A DNA stretch of 64,000 nucleotides from Alphaproteobacteria bacterium. GTDB taxonomy: Bacteria; Pseudomonadota; Alphaproteobacteria; Bin95. The position numbers and the translations under genes were made by a program. The notes under the pieces were generated by a model. It searched no databases. It saw nothing but the letters and a program-made list of their open reading frames with translations, and was not told the origin of the DNA. How positions within the stretch are numbered: the stretch's first letter is position 1; each line of letters begins with the position of its first letter. Positions 50,490 to 61,979 of the stretch are shown here, in pieces. Where the stretch lies: positions 3,008,001 to 3,072,000 of the forward strand of contig CBDBGH010000003.1 in assembly GCA_965205265.1 (NCBI GenBank), read 5' to 3'.

Positions 50490-52535
50490 CTACCGGCGCC
50501 CCGGCGCGGGCGGGGCCGCGTCGATGAAGCGCCGGGCGGCCTCGGCCTGGCGCGGATCGGCCTTCCTGAGCGCCCGGTAAGCTTCCTCGGCCAGTTCCGG
50601 CGCACCGCCCCAGACACCGGACTGTATGGCGAACCGCAGGGCCTGCGGGTCCTCGGGCGCCATGCCCATCAGCCGGCGCGCATGGCCCGTCATCTCCTCG
50701 AAGCGCCCGCCGAGCTGCAGCGACACCAGCAGCGAAATCCGCGCATTGATCGAGTTCGGAACCTGCCGGGCTGCCTGGCCGTGCAAAGCGATGGCGCGGT
50801 CGAAATCGCCGGCCCGCGCCAGCAGCCGGCCGGCTTCCAGCAACTGGCCATGGTTCCGCGCCGCAGCGCAGGCCCCGGCCAGCCCGTCGCGGCCGGCCTC
50901 GGTTGCCGCACGGCCCCGGAATGCGTCCAATCCGGCCGCGCAGGCCGAAAAGACCGCCCCCAGCCGGCGCGTGACCTCGGCGGCCGCAGGGTGCGCGCGC
51001 AAGGCAAGGAGCGCGCGAATGCTTTCCACCGGCATCGCCTCGAACCGCCCGTCGCCGCCGCCGACGGCAATCCCCGCCAACCGGCCGGCCGCGTCCACCA
51101 GCGCGCCGCCGCTGACGCCGGGCTGCATGCGCGCGCGAATGTGCAGCCGCCCGAGCGCCGCGCCCTTGGCAGGCCCTGCGATCAGCCCGCCGGGCTCGAA
51201 GACGCGCACCTCCTTCCGGGCTATATCGACGCCGACGGCGTAGAACTCGCCGCCGCCCGGGACTTCGCCTTCGAGGCCGGGGATGAACCCGTCCGACGGC
51301 AGCCCCGGGACTTCCAGCAACGCGAGGTCGCCGGCATAGGCCGAGGGGACCACCCTCGCCTCCCTCGGCCCGCCCGGTGTGTGGACGACCGCGTCCGGCC
51401 GGTCCGCCAGCACATGCCGGTTGGTGACGAGCAGCGCCGGTCCGATCCGCGTTGCGCTTGCGGCCGGATCGAAGCCCGAGACCGGGAAGACCGCCTGCCG
51501 GACGCGGCAGACCGGCGCCGGATGGGGGCAGTCCGCCAGCGCTTCGGACGTCTCTGGCGCGGCGGCCGCCTCTGGCGCGGCATCGAAGGAGAACGGGACG
51601 ACGTGCCCCTGCCCGCCGCGCAGCAATGCGATGTCCACCGGCGTGGCGGGATCGCGGAGGACGGCGAAGGCGGCAATGGCGTCGCGCGGCGTGCGCACCC
51701 GGCGCGCGCCGATTTTCACGATCCTGTCGCCGGGCCGGATGCCCGCCCTGTCTGCCGGGCCGCCCTCGCCGACCGCATCGACCACCGGGGCGGCCACCTC
51801 GGCCAGCCGGTCGCGCCCGGCGGCCTCCAGCCTCCAGCCCGGTGAGGGGTACGCAACCTTGCCATCGGCAAGCAGCGCCTCGACGACGCGCAGGAGCAGG
51901 TCGGTCGAAACGGCGAAGTTGATGCCGATATCGGTGTCGCCGGCAGAGGCGAAGATCGCCGACATCATGCCGACAAGGCGGCCCTGCCGGTCCACCAGCG
52001 CGCCGCCGGAACTGCCCGGATTGGCGGCCGCGTCCGTCTGGACGAAGTCCTCCACGGGGTTGAAGCCTGCATCCGTCACATTCAGTGCGGAGACCACGCC
52101 GCATGTCACCGAAAGGCCGAGGCCGTAAGCATTGGCGATGGCGCATACCGGCTGCGCAAGCTGCGGGGCGGGCGCGATGGCGACGGGCGGCAGGCGGGCA
52201 TCGACGCGCAGGAGCGCGATGTCGCTCGCGGCGTCCTTCGCGGCCAACTGCGCCGGCAGGATGCGGCCGTCGGAGAGCCGGACATCGATCCGCCGGGCCG
52301 GCTCCACTACATGCCAGGCCGTCGCGATCGTCCCGGGCCGCAGCACCACGCCGCTGCCTTCCGGCGCCACCCCCGGACGCCGGCCCGCACCGCCCTGCGG
52401 CCGCCCCGGCCACACGGGCAGCACGGAGACGACCGACTCCAGCACCTCTGCCGGCAGCGCACCTGCCGGGACCGGTTGTGCGCCGGCGAACGCCAGCAGC
52501 AGCACCGTCGCCAGGAGGCATTTTCGGAAGGACAT
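50490..52535 (-). CDS. Secreted serine protease: trypsin-PDZ-trypsin-helical (TPR-like)
   Basis: Signal peptide; TAWHV/DIALL/NPGSSGG; PDZ GPADRAGIRPGD; TNRHV/DLALL/QPGVSGG. Confidence 0.85.
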   Translation of the reverse strand: MSFRKCLLATVLLLAFAGAQPVPAGALPAEVLESVVSVLPVWPGRPQGGAGRRPGVAPEGSGVVLRPGTIATAWHVVEPARRIDVRLSDGRILPAQLAAKDAASDIALLRVDARLPPVAIAPAPQLAQPVCAIANAYGLGLSVTCGVVSALNVTDAGFNPVEDFVQTDAAANPGSSGGALVDRQGRLVGMMSAIFASAGDTDIGINFAVSTDLLLRVVEALLADGKVAYPSPGWRLEAAGRDRLAEVAAPVVDAVGEGGPADRAGIRPGDRIVKIGARRVRTPRDAIAAFAVLRDPATPVDIALLRGGQGHVVPFSFDAAPEAAAAPETSEALADCPHPAPVCRVRQAVFPVSGFDPAASATRIGPALLVTNRHVLADRPDAVVHTPGGPREARVVPSAYAGDLALLEVPGLPSDGFIPGLEGEVPGGGEFYAVGVDIARKEVRVFEPGGLIAGPAKGAALGRLHIRARMQPGVSGGALVDAAGRLAGIAVGGGDGRFEAMPVESIRALLALRAHPAAAEVTRRLGAVFSACAAGLDAFRGRAATEAGRDGLAGACAAARNHGQLLEAGRLLARAGDFDRAIALHGQAARQVPNSINARISLLVSLQLGGRFEEMTGHARRLMGMAPEDPQALRFAIQSGVWGGAPELAEEAYRALRKADPRQAEAARRFIDAAPPAPGRR

Positions 52536-53650
52536 CAGGCGTCTCCGCCGGCCGGCCCGCCCTCGAACCTGCGGCGCCATTCCTCGAAGCGGCCCTGCTC
52601 GATGGCGGTGCGGATTTCGGCCATCAGGGCCTGGTAGAAGGCGGTGTTGTGCCAGCTCAGCAGGGTCGCGCCCAGCATTTCGCGCGACTTGACGAGATGG
52701 TGCAGATAGGCGCGGCTGAACTCGCGGCTCGCCGGGCAATCGACGCGCGCATCCAGCGGCGCGGGATCCTCGGCATGACAGGCATTGCGCAGGTTGAGCG
52801 GCCCCTCCCAAGTCCAGGCCTGCGCCGTGCGGCCGGACCGGGTCGGCAGCACGCAGTCGAACAGGTCTATGCCGCGCGCCACCGCGCCCACGATGTCCGC
52901 CGGCTTGCCCACGCCCATCAGGTAGCGCGGCCGGTCCGCCGGCAGGGCATCGGGGACGGTGTCGAGGACGGAGAACATCGCCGCCTGTCCCTCCCCGACC
53001 GCGAGGCCGCCGACCGCATAGCCGTCGAAGCCCATGCCCACGAGAGTCCCGGCCGACTCCGCGCGCAGGTCGTCATGCACGCCGCCCTGCACGATGCCGA
53101 ACAGGCCGTAGCCGGGCCGGTCCCGGAAGGCGGCCCGGCAGCGTTCGGCCCAGCGCATCGACCGGCGCATGGACGCGGCGGCACCGTCCTTGTCGATAGG
53201 CCAGGGCGTGCATTCGTCGAGCGCCATGGTCACATCGGCGTCGAGCAGGTATTGCGCCTCGACCGCGCGCTCGGGCGTGAGTTCGAGGCGCGCGCCGTCG
53301 ATATGGCTGCGGAAGCGCACCCCGTCCTCCCCGACCCTGGCGAGGCCGCCGAGCGACATGGCCTGGTAGCCGCCGGAATCGGTCAGGATCGGCCCCGGCC
53401 AGCGCATGAAGGCGTGCAGGCCGCCGAGGCGCGCCACCCGTTCCGCGCCGGGGCGGAGCACGAGGTGGTAGGTGTTGGCAAGCACCATCTGGGCGCCGGT
53501 TTCCGCCACCATGGCCGGGGTGAGCGCCTTGACGGTGGCGGCCGTGCCGACCGGCATGAAGGCGGGCGTCTCGACCGGGCCGTGCGCCGTCTGGAGCCGC
53601 CCGCGCCGCGCGCGCCCGTCAGTGCCCGTCAGCGCGAAGCCGAGCGCCAT
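52535..53650 (-). CDS. tgt: tRNA-guanine transglycosylase
   Basis: [30 protein letters not shown] and FDCVLPTR motifs. Confidence 0.97.
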   Translation of the reverse strand: MALGFALTGTDGRARRGRLQTAHGPVETPAFMPVGTAATVKALTPAMVAETGAQMVLANTYHLVLRPGAERVARLGGLHAFMRWPGPILTDSGGYQAMSLGGLARVGEDGVRFRSHIDGARLELTPERAVEAQYLLDADVTMALDECTPWPIDKDGAAASMRRSMRWAERCRAAFRDRPGYGLFGIVQGGVHDDLRAESAGTLVGMGFDGYAVGGLAVGEGQAAMFSVLDTVPDALPADRPRYLMGVGKPADIVGAVARGIDLFDCVLPTRSGRTAQAWTWEGPLNLRNACHAEDPAPLDARVDCPASREFSRAYLHHLVKSREMLGATLLSWHNTAFYQALMAEIRTAIEQGRFEEWRRRFEGGPAGGDA

Positions 53651-53651
53651 C

Positions 53652-54479
53652 TTACCCTTCGGCCTCGGCTTCCTCTTCCGCCTCCGCTTCGGCTTCCGCG
53701 CGGGCCCGGCGGCGCTCGATGCCGCGCGCGAGCGCGATCGAGATTTCGTAGAGCACGAGGCCCGGGAGCGCGAGGCCGACCTGGCTGATGATATCGGGCG
53801 GCGTCAGCACCGCCGCCGTCAGGAACACGACCACGATGGCGTATTTGCGCCCGCGGGCCAGCTGGTCGGCGGTGACGATGCCCGCGCGCGCGACCAGGGT
53901 GAGCCCGACAGGCATCTGGAAGAACAGCCCGAAGGCGAACATGAGCTTGATGACCAGCGAGAGATACTCCGAGACCTTGGCCTCGAGCTGGATCGGCAGC
54001 GTGCCGGCCTCGCCCTCCGCCCCCGGCGCGCCGGGCGTCTCGAAGGTCAGGAAGAACTCCCAGGCAAGCGGCATAACCGCGTAATAGACCATCGCCCCGC
54101 CGGCGAAGAACAGCACCGGCGTCGCCACGAGATAGGGCAGGAAAGCCTGTTTCTCGCGGCGGTAGAGGCCCGGCGCGACAAAGCGCCAGAGCTGGTTCGA
54201 GATCACCGGGAAGGAGATGAACAGCCCGGCATAGATGCCGATCTTGATATAGACGAAGAAGGGCTCGTAGAGGGCGGTGAAGATCATCCGCCGCCCGGCC
54301 TCGTCGCCGAGCGCGCGGGCGAGCGGCGCGGTCAGGAACTCGAAGATATAGCTTGCGACCGAGACGCAGACGATGAACCCCACCAGGAGGGCGATAACGG
54401 AATAGACCAGCCGGTTGCGCAGCTCGATGATGTGGTCGAGCAGCGGGGCTTCTTTGTCTTCTTCCGCCCCCTGGTTCAC
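53652..54479 (-). CDS. tatC: Twin-arginine translocase TatC
   Basis: [20 protein letters not shown] and LTPPDIISQ motifs. Confidence 0.96.
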   Translation of the reverse strand: MNQGAEEDKEAPLLDHIIELRNRLVYSVIALLVGFIVCVSVASYIFEFLTAPLARALGDEAGRRMIFTALYEPFFVYIKIGIYAGLFISFPVISNQLWRFVAPGLYRREKQAFLPYLVATPVLFFAGGAMVYYAVMPLAWEFFLTFETPGAPGAEGEAGTLPIQLEAKVSEYLSLVIKLMFAFGLFFQMPVGLTLVARAGIVTADQLARGRKYAIVVVFLTAAVLTPPDIISQVGLALPGLVLYEISIALARGIERRRARAEAEAEAEEEAEAEG

Positions 54480-54826
54480 CAGAGTTTCGCCGGCTTGCCG
54501 GACTCGGCGGCGGCGGCCTGCGCCGTCGCGGAAGGCTGTGGCGAGGCTGCGGCGGGCGGAGACTGGCTGGCCGGCGGCTTGACGACGGCCTTGTCGTCAA
54601 GCCAGTTGTCCACGCGGGTTGCGCTCTCGACGGATTTCTTGACCTCGTCGAGCTCGGCCTCGCGCGCCATGTCCTCGATGCCGGTCTGGAGCTCGCGCAC
54701 CGTGGCCCGCGCCTTGCGCACCCAGCCGCCCACGGTCTTCAGCATTTTCGGCAGGTCGCGCGGGCCTATGACGACGATCGCGATAACCGCGATCACGAGC
54801 ATCTCCGTCCAGCCGATATCGAGCAT
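54476..54826 (-). CDS. tatB: Twin-arginine translocase TatB
   Basis: MLDIGWTEMLVIAVIAIVVIGPRDLP. Confidence 0.95.
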   Translation of the reverse strand: MLDIGWTEMLVIAVIAIVVIGPRDLPKMLKTVGGWVRKARATVRELQTGIEDMAREAELDEVKKSVESATRVDNWLDDKAVVKPPASQSPPAAASPQPSATAQAAAAESGKPAKLW

Positions 54827-54851
54827 GGCGCGTTGCCGGCCCTCCCGGCCG

Positions 54852-55070
54852 TCAGGTGCGGGCTGCGGTGTCTTTTTCGCTTTCGGCGGCGGCGACGGTC
54901 TCCGCCGGCTTGGACTCGATGGCCGTCTCGCGGTCTTCCTCGTTCAAGCCTTTCTTGAAGTTCTTCACGCCCTTGGCGAGATCGCCCATCACGCGCGGGA
55001 GTTTCCCGGCGCCGAAGAGGATCAGGATTATCACCAGGACGATGATGACTTGCCAGGGACCGATGCTCAT
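54852..55070 (-). CDS. tatA: Twin-arginine translocase TatA
   Basis: [25 protein letters not shown]...[11 protein letters not shown]. Confidence 0.95.
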   Translation of the reverse strand: MSIGPWQVIIVLVIILILFGAGKLPRVMGDLAKGVKNFKKGLNEEDRETAIESKPAETVAAAESEKDTAART

Positions 55071-55132
55071 ATGCTGTGCCTCCTGCTGCTGGGCGCCCTT
55101 ATCGCAGAAGCGCGCGCCGCCCGCAACGCGGC

Positions 55133-56215
55133 TCAATCGCGAGGAAAGACGAAGACCTGCTCGCCGTCCAGCGAAAGCTGGCGCACTTCGCCCTCGCCGG
55201 CGGGAACGCGGCCGGGGGACCGGACGTGGAGATGGACGCCTTCCGGGGCGTCGGGACCGTAAACGCCCCGGGCGGCGGCGGCGAGCGTGAGATGGACGAG
55301 CGTGCTGCGGCCGACCATGCGCACGGCATCGACCCGGGCTTCCGCGCCGGCGCCGTCCGGTTCGCCGATGCGGATCGCCTCCGGCCGGACCAGCACCTGC
55401 ACGGCCGATCCGTCCGCGAAACCGGGAGCGGCAACGGATCCGAGCGGCGTTTCCACCCGTTCTCCCGCCACCAGCCCGTCGAACCGGTTCACCTCGCCGA
55501 GGAACGTGGCGACGAAGGGGCAGGTCGGCTCGCAATAGATTTCTTCCGGCGTGCCGTTCTGGACCACCCGGCCGTCCTGCATCACCACCACCCGGTCGGC
55601 CATCATCATGGCTTCCTCGGCATTGTGGGTGACAAACAGGGTCGCGGCGCCGCTCGTCTTCAGGAGGTGCATGGAATCGTCGCGCACCCGGCCGCCCAAC
55701 TCGGGGTCGAGGCCGGAGAACGGCTCGTCCAGCAGCACCAGATAGGGCTCCGGCGCGAGCGCGCGGGCGAGCGCGACGCGCTGCTGCTGGCCGCCGGAAA
55801 GGACGTGGGGATAGGCGCCGGCATAGGCGGACATGCCGACCTTGTCGAGCAGCTCGTCCGCCCGGCGGCGTTGCTCCCGCGCCGCGAGGCGGCTCAGGCC
55901 GAAGGTGACGTTGTCGCGCACCCGGAGATGCGGGAAAAGGGCATAGTCCTGAAACATCATCGAGACGCGCCGCTGCTCGGGCGGCACGGTCAGGCCCGGG
56001 CCGGTCACGGTCTCGCCGGCGATGGCGACCCGCCCATCCGCTGGACGTTCGAGGCCCGCGACGAGGCGCAATGTGGTGGTCTTGCCGCAGCCGGACGGCC
56101 CGAGCAGGCACACGATCTCGCCGGCATCCACCGCGAAGCTCACGCCGTCGAGCACGGTCTCGCCGTCATAGCCGTGCTCCAGGCCTTCCACTTCCAGAAG
56201 AATGGGTGCGCTCAT
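55133..56215 (-). CDS. ABC transporter ATP-binding protein (FbpC/PotA-like)
   Basis: [22 protein letters not shown] and TOBE-like C-terminus. Confidence 0.9.
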   Translation of the reverse strand: MSAPILLEVEGLEHGYDGETVLDGVSFAVDAGEIVCLLGPSGCGKTTTLRLVAGLERPADGRVAIAGETVTGPGLTVPPEQRRVSMMFQDYALFPHLRVRDNVTFGLSRLAAREQRRRADELLDKVGMSAYAGAYPHVLSGGQQQRVALARALAPEPYLVLLDEPFSGLDPELGGRVRDDSMHLLKTSGAATLFVTHNAEEAMMMADRVVVMQDGRVVQNGTPEEIYCEPTCPFVATFLGEVNRFDGLVAGERVETPLGSVAAPGFADGSAVQVLVRPEAIRIGEPDGAGAEARVDAVRMVGRSTLVHLTLAAAARGVYGPDAPEGVHLHVRSPGRVPAGEGEVRQLSLDGEQVFVFPRD

Positions 56216-56229
56216 TCCCGCCGTTCCGC

Positions 56230-56919
56230 TCAGATGACCGTTATGAGCCCCTCGATGATCCACTCGACCGGCCGCCAGAGCAGCCAGTCCAGCGGGTCGA
56301 ACCCGATGCCCGCCCTGGACAGCAGCCAGGGCAGCACAAACAGCACGAGCAGGATAAGCACGATCCCGCCGCGCTCAAAGGGCAGGAGCAAGCTGCCGAT
56401 GCGGCCCGGCAGCAGTGCCGTCAGGATGCGCCCGCCGTCGAGCGGCGGCACCGGCAGCATGTTGAAGACCGCAAGCACTGCATTGAGGATCACGCTCTTC
56501 CTTGCGGTCTCGACAAGCCATTCCCGCCCCGGCATGTCGGGCGTCCAGCCCAATACCTGAAGGACGACGAGCGACAGGACGCAAAGCGCGATATTGGCCG
56601 CCGGACCGGCCACCGCCACCAGCGCCATGCCGAGCCTGATGGGCTGGAGCCGGCTGAAATCGACCGGCACCGGCTTCGCGTAGCCGATGAGGAAGGGCGC
56701 GCCGGAGAGCAGCAACAGTCCCGGCAACAGCAGCGTCCCTAAGGGGTCGATATGGCGGACGGGATTGAGCGTGACCCTGCCGAGGCGCCGGGCGGTGTCG
56801 TCGCCGAGCTTCGAGGCGGCCCAGCCATGCGCCGCCTCGTGGCAGCCCACGGCCAGCAGCAGGGGCAGCGCCCAGACCGACAACTGGTAGAGGAATTCCT
56901 CCAGCGAAACGCCGCTCAC
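56230..56919 (-). CDS. Site-2 protease (M50) family protein
   Basis: HEAAH, AGPAAN and FNMLPVPPLDG motifs. Confidence 0.92.
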   Translation of the reverse strand: MSGVSLEEFLYQLSVWALPLLLAVGCHEAAHGWAASKLGDDTARRLGRVTLNPVRHIDPLGTLLLPGLLLLSGAPFLIGYAKPVPVDFSRLQPIRLGMALVAVAGPAANIALCVLSLVVLQVLGWTPDMPGREWLVETARKSVILNAVLAVFNMLPVPPLDGGRILTALLPGRIGSLLLPFERGGIVLILLVLFVLPWLLSRAGIGFDPLDWLLWRPVEWIIEGLITVI

Positions 56920-57881
56920 GATGCCCCCAGCCAGTTCCGGGCGCGCCGCCAGCGCGCAGCCGCCGCCGCCGTCATGCGGCCGGCCGCGGCGGCGACCTCG
57001 GCCATCTCGGCGGCGTCCGCGTTGCAGTGGAGCGCGATGTCGCAGCCGGCGTCGAGCGCCCGGCGGGTCCTCGCGCCGAACGGGCCGTCAAGCGCGTGCA
57101 TGGAGAGGTCGTCGGTAAGCAGCAGCCCGTCGAAGCCGATGCGCCCGCGCACGATCTCCCCGATCACCGCGGGCGAGAGCGTTGCCGGCAGCCGGGCGTC
57201 CCAGTCGCGGTAGAGCACATGGGCGGTCATGCCGACCGGCAGGTCGGCGAGCGCGGAGAAGGCCGCAACGGAAGGCTCGTCGGCATCCGTCTCCGGCAGG
57301 ATTTCGTGGCTGTCGCCAACCGCACGCCCGTGGCCCGGCAGGTGCTTGAGCACCGGCAGCACGCCCGCCTCTCGCAGGCCCTCGGCATAGGAGCGGGCAT
57401 GCACCGACACGATGGCGGGGTCGCTGGAGAAGGCGCGCTCGCCGATCACCTCGTGGGTGAGTCCGGGCGCGTGGACATCCGCGACCGGAGCGCAGTTCAC
57501 ATCGATGCCGAGCCCGGCCAGCATCTCGCCGATGGCGCGCGCCGTCGCCCGCGTCTCCCCGGCAGACCCCTCGGCCAACCGGGCGGCGGAAGGAAAGGCC
57601 GGCCATTCGGGCGGGCCGAGCCGGGCCACGCGCCCGCCTTCCTGGTCGATCAGCACAGGCGCGGCGGCATCGCCCACCGCCTCGCGCAGCTCGCAAGCGA
57701 GCCGGCGAATGGCCGCAGCGTCGCCGAGATTGCGCTCGAACAGGATGAAGCCCAGCGGATCCGCGTCGCGGAAGAAGTCGCGCTCCCGGGCCGTGAGCAC
57801 AGGGCCCGAGCAGCCGAAAACGGCCGCTAGCGGCGCCTCGCGCACAACGGTCCGCTCAGCGGACGAGGGAACAATCGACAT
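56916..57881 (-). CDS. nagZ: Beta-N-acetylhexosaminidase
   Basis: IDQEGGRVARL, KHLPGHG and TDDLSM motifs. Start approximate. Confidence 0.92.
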   Translation of the reverse strand: MSIVPSSAERTVVREAPLAAVFGCSGPVLTARERDFFRDADPLGFILFERNLGDAAAIRRLACELREAVGDAAAPVLIDQEGGRVARLGPPEWPAFPSAARLAEGSAGETRATARAIGEMLAGLGIDVNCAPVADVHAPGLTHEVIGERAFSSDPAIVSVHARSYAEGLREAGVLPVLKHLPGHGRAVGDSHEILPETDADEPSVAAFSALADLPVGMTAHVLYRDWDARLPATLSPAVIGEIVRGRIGFDGLLLTDDLSMHALDGPFGARTRRALDAGCDIALHCNADAAEMAEVAAAAGRMTAAAAARWRRARNWLGAS

Positions 57882-58530
57882 TGCGCGCCTTGAGCTGTTC
57901 GCAGACGAGTTGCGCCAGCGCCGCGTTCGAGACGGGGCCGGCGCGGACCCGGACGACCCCCTCGCCATGGACGAATTGCGCATCCATGCGCCCCAACAGG
58001 TCGTCATGCCGCTTCCTGAGTCCCTCCCAGGCCTCGCGGGCGGCGGCCTCTGTGCCGAATGCGCCGAGCTGCACGGAAAGGGGAGCCGCGGCTTGCTGCT
58101 GCGGCCTTGCAGGGGGCGCGGGCGGGGCGGCGGCGGTCGCGCTGCCGCCCCGAGGGGCCGGCACCGGCATGGGCGCGGCCTTCGGCCCGGTTTCCGCCGG
58201 TTCGGAGGATGGTGCCGGCGTCGGAGGCGGGATCACCGGCCGGGGCGCCTCCGGCAGCGGGCCGATGGTTTCGGGCACCGCGCCCGGCCGGCCGCGCACC
58301 AGCGCCTCGTAGATGCTCGCATCCTGATGGTCCACTTCGAGTCCCCCCCGGTCCTTCGGCACCACCTTGTAATCCCCCTCCGGAGCCTTGACGACAGGCA
58401 GGTCCGCATCGCTCGACCCCTGCAGCGCCCAGTAGCCGAACCATAGCAGCCCGCCCACCGCGACGACCGACAACACGCCCAGGCCCGCAAGCCGGAACGT
58501 ATGGCGTCGGTTGTCGGGCGCCGCCGCCAC
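57856..58530 (-). CDS. SPOR-domain protein (FtsN-like)
   Basis: N-terminal TM, Pro-rich linker, VQLGAF...VRAGP...C..LK; argS-SPOR-nagZ order. Confidence 0.85.
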   Translation of the reverse strand: MAAAPDNRRHTFRLAGLGVLSVVAVGGLLWFGYWALQGSSDADLPVVKAPEGDYKVVPKDRGGLEVDHQDASIYEALVRGRPGAVPETIGPLPEAPRPVIPPPTPAPSSEPAETGPKAAPMPVPAPRGGSATAAAPPAPPARPQQQAAAPLSVQLGAFGTEAAAREAWEGLRKRHDDLLGRMDAQFVHGEGVVRVRAGPVSNAALAQLVCEQLKARNVDCSLVR

Positions 58531-58534
58531 GGCC

Positions 58535-60241
58535 CTACATCCGTTCCACCGGCTCGACGCCGAGCGTCCGGAGCCCCCCGGCGATGACGATGGCGGTCGC
58601 GCGGACCAGCGCCAGCCGGGCGCGGGTGCCGGCCGGGTCGTCCTCCTGGATGAATCTCAGCCGGGCGTTCTCCCGGCCCTTCGTCCAGAGCGCGTGGAAA
58701 TCGGTCGCAGCGTCCATGAGGTAGAAGGCCGCGCGGTGCGGCTCATGCGCGGCCGCCGCCGTCTCGACGGTGTGCGGCCAGGCCGCCAGCCTGCGGATCA
58801 GCGCCAGTTCCTCGGGCGCTTCGAGATGCGCCAGGTCTTCCGCGTCCGCCTCGCCGATCCCCTCGCCGTGGCGCAGCACGGAGCAGCAGCGGGCATGGGC
58901 GTACTGGACATAGAACACGGGATTGTCGCGCGACTGGGCCACCGCCTGGGCGAGGTCGAAATCGAGCGGCGCATCGTTGCGGCGGGTGAGCATCAGGAAG
59001 CGCAGCGCATCGCGCCCGACCTCGTCCACGACTTCGCTGAGGGTGACGAAATCGCCGCTGCGCTTGGACATGCGCACCAGTTCGCCGCCGCGCAGCACGC
59101 GCACCAGCTGGCAGATCTTCACATCCAGCCTGGCGTCGGTCGCGGCCGATACCGCCGCCTGCATCCGCTTGACATAGCCGCCATGGTCGGCGCCCCAGAC
59201 ATCTATGAGTTCCTCGAAGCCGCGCGCCGCCTTGTCCATGTGGTAGGCGATGTCGGAGGCGAAATAGGTCCAGCCGCCGTCCGACTTCTTCAGCGGCCGG
59301 TCCACATCGTCGCCCGCCTCGGTCGAGCGGAACAGCATCTGCCGGCGGCCGGGCTCCCAGTCGTCCGGTTTCCTGCCTTTGGGCGGGTCCAGCACGCCCC
59401 AATAGACCAGCCCCTTTTGCTCCAGGCCGGCAATCGCGCGCTCAACGCCGCCGGACTCGACCAGTGCGCGCTCGGAGGCGAACACCTGCTGCTCGATGCC
59501 GGCGGCGGCCAGGTCCTCGCGGATCGCCGCCATCATCGCGGCGACGGCCCGGTCGCGGAAGGGCGCCAGCCACTCGGATTCGCCGGCGTCCCGGTAGCGG
59601 GGGCCGAACTCCTCCGCAAGCGCGGCGCCCACCGGCTTCAGGTAGTCGCCGGGATACATGTCTTCCGCCATCGGCCCCGGCGCTTCTCCCAGCGCCTCCA
59701 GATAGCGGTGGTGGACGGAACGGCCGAGCGCATCCACCTGGGCGCCGGCATCGTTGATGTAATACTCGGTGGTGACGTCGTAACCGGCCTTTGCAAGCAG
59801 GCGGGCGAGCGCATCGCCGAACACGGCGCCCCGCGCATGGCCGACATGCAGCGGTCCCGTCGGGTTGGTGGAGACATATTCGACATTCACCCGCCGGCCT
59901 GCGCCCCCGTCCGAGTCCCCGTAGGCCGGGCCCGCCGCGAGGATCGCCGGAATCTGCCCCCGCCAGAACCCCGGAGCCATGCGCAGATTGACGAAGCCGG
60001 GGCCGGCGACCCCGGCGCTCGCGACCCTCCCGTCGGCGCGGAGGCGCCCGGCAAGCGCGTCCGCCAGGTCGCGGGGTTTCTTTCCGGCGGCGCGGGCCGA
60101 CGTCATCGCCGCATTGGTGGCGAAATCCCCATGCGCCGGGTCGCGCGGCAACTCCACTCCGGCGGCGGGCGCGTCCAGCCCGTCCGCGACATCGCGGAGG
60201 GCGGCGCGCACGGCCTGTCCGAGTTCGCGAAAGACATTCAT
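58535..60241 (-). CDS. argS: Arginine--tRNA ligase
   Basis: [29 protein letters not shown] and YVQYAHAR motifs. Confidence 0.97.
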   Translation of the reverse strand: MNVFRELGQAVRAALRDVADGLDAPAAGVELPRDPAHGDFATNAAMTSARAAGKKPRDLADALAGRLRADGRVASAGVAGPGFVNLRMAPGFWRGQIPAILAAGPAYGDSDGGAGRRVNVEYVSTNPTGPLHVGHARGAVFGDALARLLAKAGYDVTTEYYINDAGAQVDALGRSVHHRYLEALGEAPGPMAEDMYPGDYLKPVGAALAEEFGPRYRDAGESEWLAPFRDRAVAAMMAAIREDLAAAGIEQQVFASERALVESGGVERAIAGLEQKGLVYWGVLDPPKGRKPDDWEPGRRQMLFRSTEAGDDVDRPLKKSDGGWTYFASDIAYHMDKAARGFEELIDVWGADHGGYVKRMQAAVSAATDARLDVKICQLVRVLRGGELVRMSKRSGDFVTLSEVVDEVGRDALRFLMLTRRNDAPLDFDLAQAVAQSRDNPVFYVQYAHARCCSVLRHGEGIGEADAEDLAHLEAPEELALIRRLAAWPHTVETAAAAHEPHRAAFYLMDAATDFHALWTKGRENARLRFIQEDDPAGTRARLALVRATAIVIAGGLRTLGVEPVERM

Positions 60242-61401
60242 CCGGACGGGTTGTCTCCCCTGCAGAGGCGGGCGTGTTCGCTGTCGGCGAAGCGGTCGGT
60301 CATGCCGGCAATATAGTCCGCAACGACGCGCGCCGCCCGGCAGGCGTCCGCGCCCTCCGCGCGCCGGCGCCATTCCGGGGGCAGCGCTTCGGGCCGGGCC
60401 GAAAGCGCGCCGAACAGGTCCGTCACCACGGTCCGGGCCCTCCCGGTCTCCGCCTCGATACGGGGATGGCGGAAGACCCGCTCGCGCATGAAGGCCTTGA
60501 GCGCCCGGTCCGTGTCCGCCATGCCTTCCGAGAAGGCGACCAGCGGCCGGCCCGCCCGGCGGACATCGTCGGCGGTCTCCGGCCGGACCAGGGCCAGCCG
60601 CCGGCGCGTCTCCGCCACCGTATCCGCCACCATCGCGCGCACGCCCCGGCGCACGGTCTCGTGAATGAGGCGCGCCGGCGCCAGCTTGCCGTAGCGCGCT
60701 TCCACCTCGGCCATGGCCCCGCCGAAAAGCGGCAGGCCGCGCAGGTCGTCGGGGCGCAGCAGGCCGGAACGAACGCCGTCGTCGATATCGTGGTTGTTGT
60801 AGGCGATGTCGTCGGCGAGCGCGGCGGCCTGCGCTTCGAGGCCCGGCCACTCTTCGAGCCGGAGGTCCAGTTCGCGGTCCAGTTCCGCGACGGGGACGGG
60901 AACGGCGCCGGGAACGGCGGGCCCGTTATGCTTGGCGAGCCCTTCCAGCGTTTCCCAGGTCAGGTTCAGGCCGTCGAAGGCGGCGTAGCGGGCCTCCAGC
61001 CGGGTGACGATGCGCAGGGTCTGCACATTGTGGTCGAAGCCGCCGCAGCCGGCGAGCGCGCGATCGAGCGCGGCTTCGCCCGCATGGCCGAAAGGCGTGT
61101 GGCCGAGATCGTGCGCCAGCGCCAGCGTCTCCGCCAGGGTTTCCTCGAGCGCGAGGCTGCGGCAGATGCTGCGCGCGATCTGCCCGACTTCGAGCGAGTG
61201 GGTCAGCCGGCTGCGGTAGTGGTCGCCCTCATGCGAGACGAACACTTGGGTCTTGTATTGCAGCCGGCGGAAGGCGGCGGAATGGAGGATGCGGTCGCGG
61301 TCGCGCTGGAAGGGCGTGCGGTCGGCGGCCTCCGGCTCCGGATGGCGCCGGCCCCGACCGGCCGAGGGCGAGGCGGCATAGGGCGCGAGCGGCGCGTTCA
61401 T
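60238..61401 (-). CDS. dgt: Deoxyguanosinetriphosphate triphosphohydrolase-like protein
   Basis: [26 protein letters not shown] and DYIAGMTD motifs. Confidence 0.93.
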   Translation of the reverse strand: MNAPLAPYAASPSAGRGRRHPEPEAADRTPFQRDRDRILHSAAFRRLQYKTQVFVSHEGDHYRSRLTHSLEVGQIARSICRSLALEETLAETLALAHDLGHTPFGHAGEAALDRALAGCGGFDHNVQTLRIVTRLEARYAAFDGLNLTWETLEGLAKHNGPAVPGAVPVPVAELDRELDLRLEEWPGLEAQAAALADDIAYNNHDIDDGVRSGLLRPDDLRGLPLFGGAMAEVEARYGKLAPARLIHETVRRGVRAMVADTVAETRRRLALVRPETADDVRRAGRPLVAFSEGMADTDRALKAFMRERVFRHPRIEAETGRARTVVTDLFGALSARPEALPPEWRRRAEGADACRAARVVADYIAGMTDRFADSEHARLCRGDNPSG

Positions 61402-61630
61402 CGCCGCCGGCCGGCCGCGCCGCCGCCTTCGCCCATCCTGTCGGTCATGCGCTGTCCTTTTCGGGGCTTCCGCTCTGACATCCCGCCCGGCGGCGGCCCG
61501 CAACATAGCATTGCGGGGCTCCCGAGGGCCAGCGGTCCGTTTTCGTTCTTGCACGCTGCGGCAGGCCATGCTTATGTTTCGGGAATGAACGAGACCGGTC
61601 CCCGCGACGGGCCGGAGAGACAGGAAGGCC

Positions 61631-61957
61631 GTGGCGACCGTATCGCAGGACCGCATCCGCAGCGAACTCGAACGGCAGGGCATCCAGTCCGATGTCGCCG
61701 CTGCCCTTGCGGGGGCCGCTGCAACGCGCGCCGCCGCGCCATCTTATAGGGACTGGTTGCTGCCCATTCTGGCTGCGGGCCTGCTGGCGCTGCTCGGCTG
61801 GATCGCGCTCTCCATCCACGACATGAACGCCCGCATCGGTGTCGTCGAAACCCGCCTGATCGGGCTGGAAGAGGGACAGGCATCGATCAGGAAGGAACTC
61901 CAGACCCTCAATAGCAGGGTGGACGACATCTACCGGCGCGTGCCTCCCGAGAGGTAG
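61631..61957 (+). CDS. Small membrane protein with C-terminal coiled coil
   Basis: GTG start with AGGA upstream; TM WLLPILAAGLLALLGWIAL followed by heptad-like tail. Confidence 0.6.
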   Translation: MATVSQDRIRSELERQGIQSDVAAALAGAAATRAAAPSYRDWLLPILAAGLLALLGWIALSIHDMNARIGVVETRLIGLEEGQASIRKELQTLNSRVDDIYRRVPPER

Positions 61958-61979
61958 CGCCGCGCTTCGAGACCCCCGC

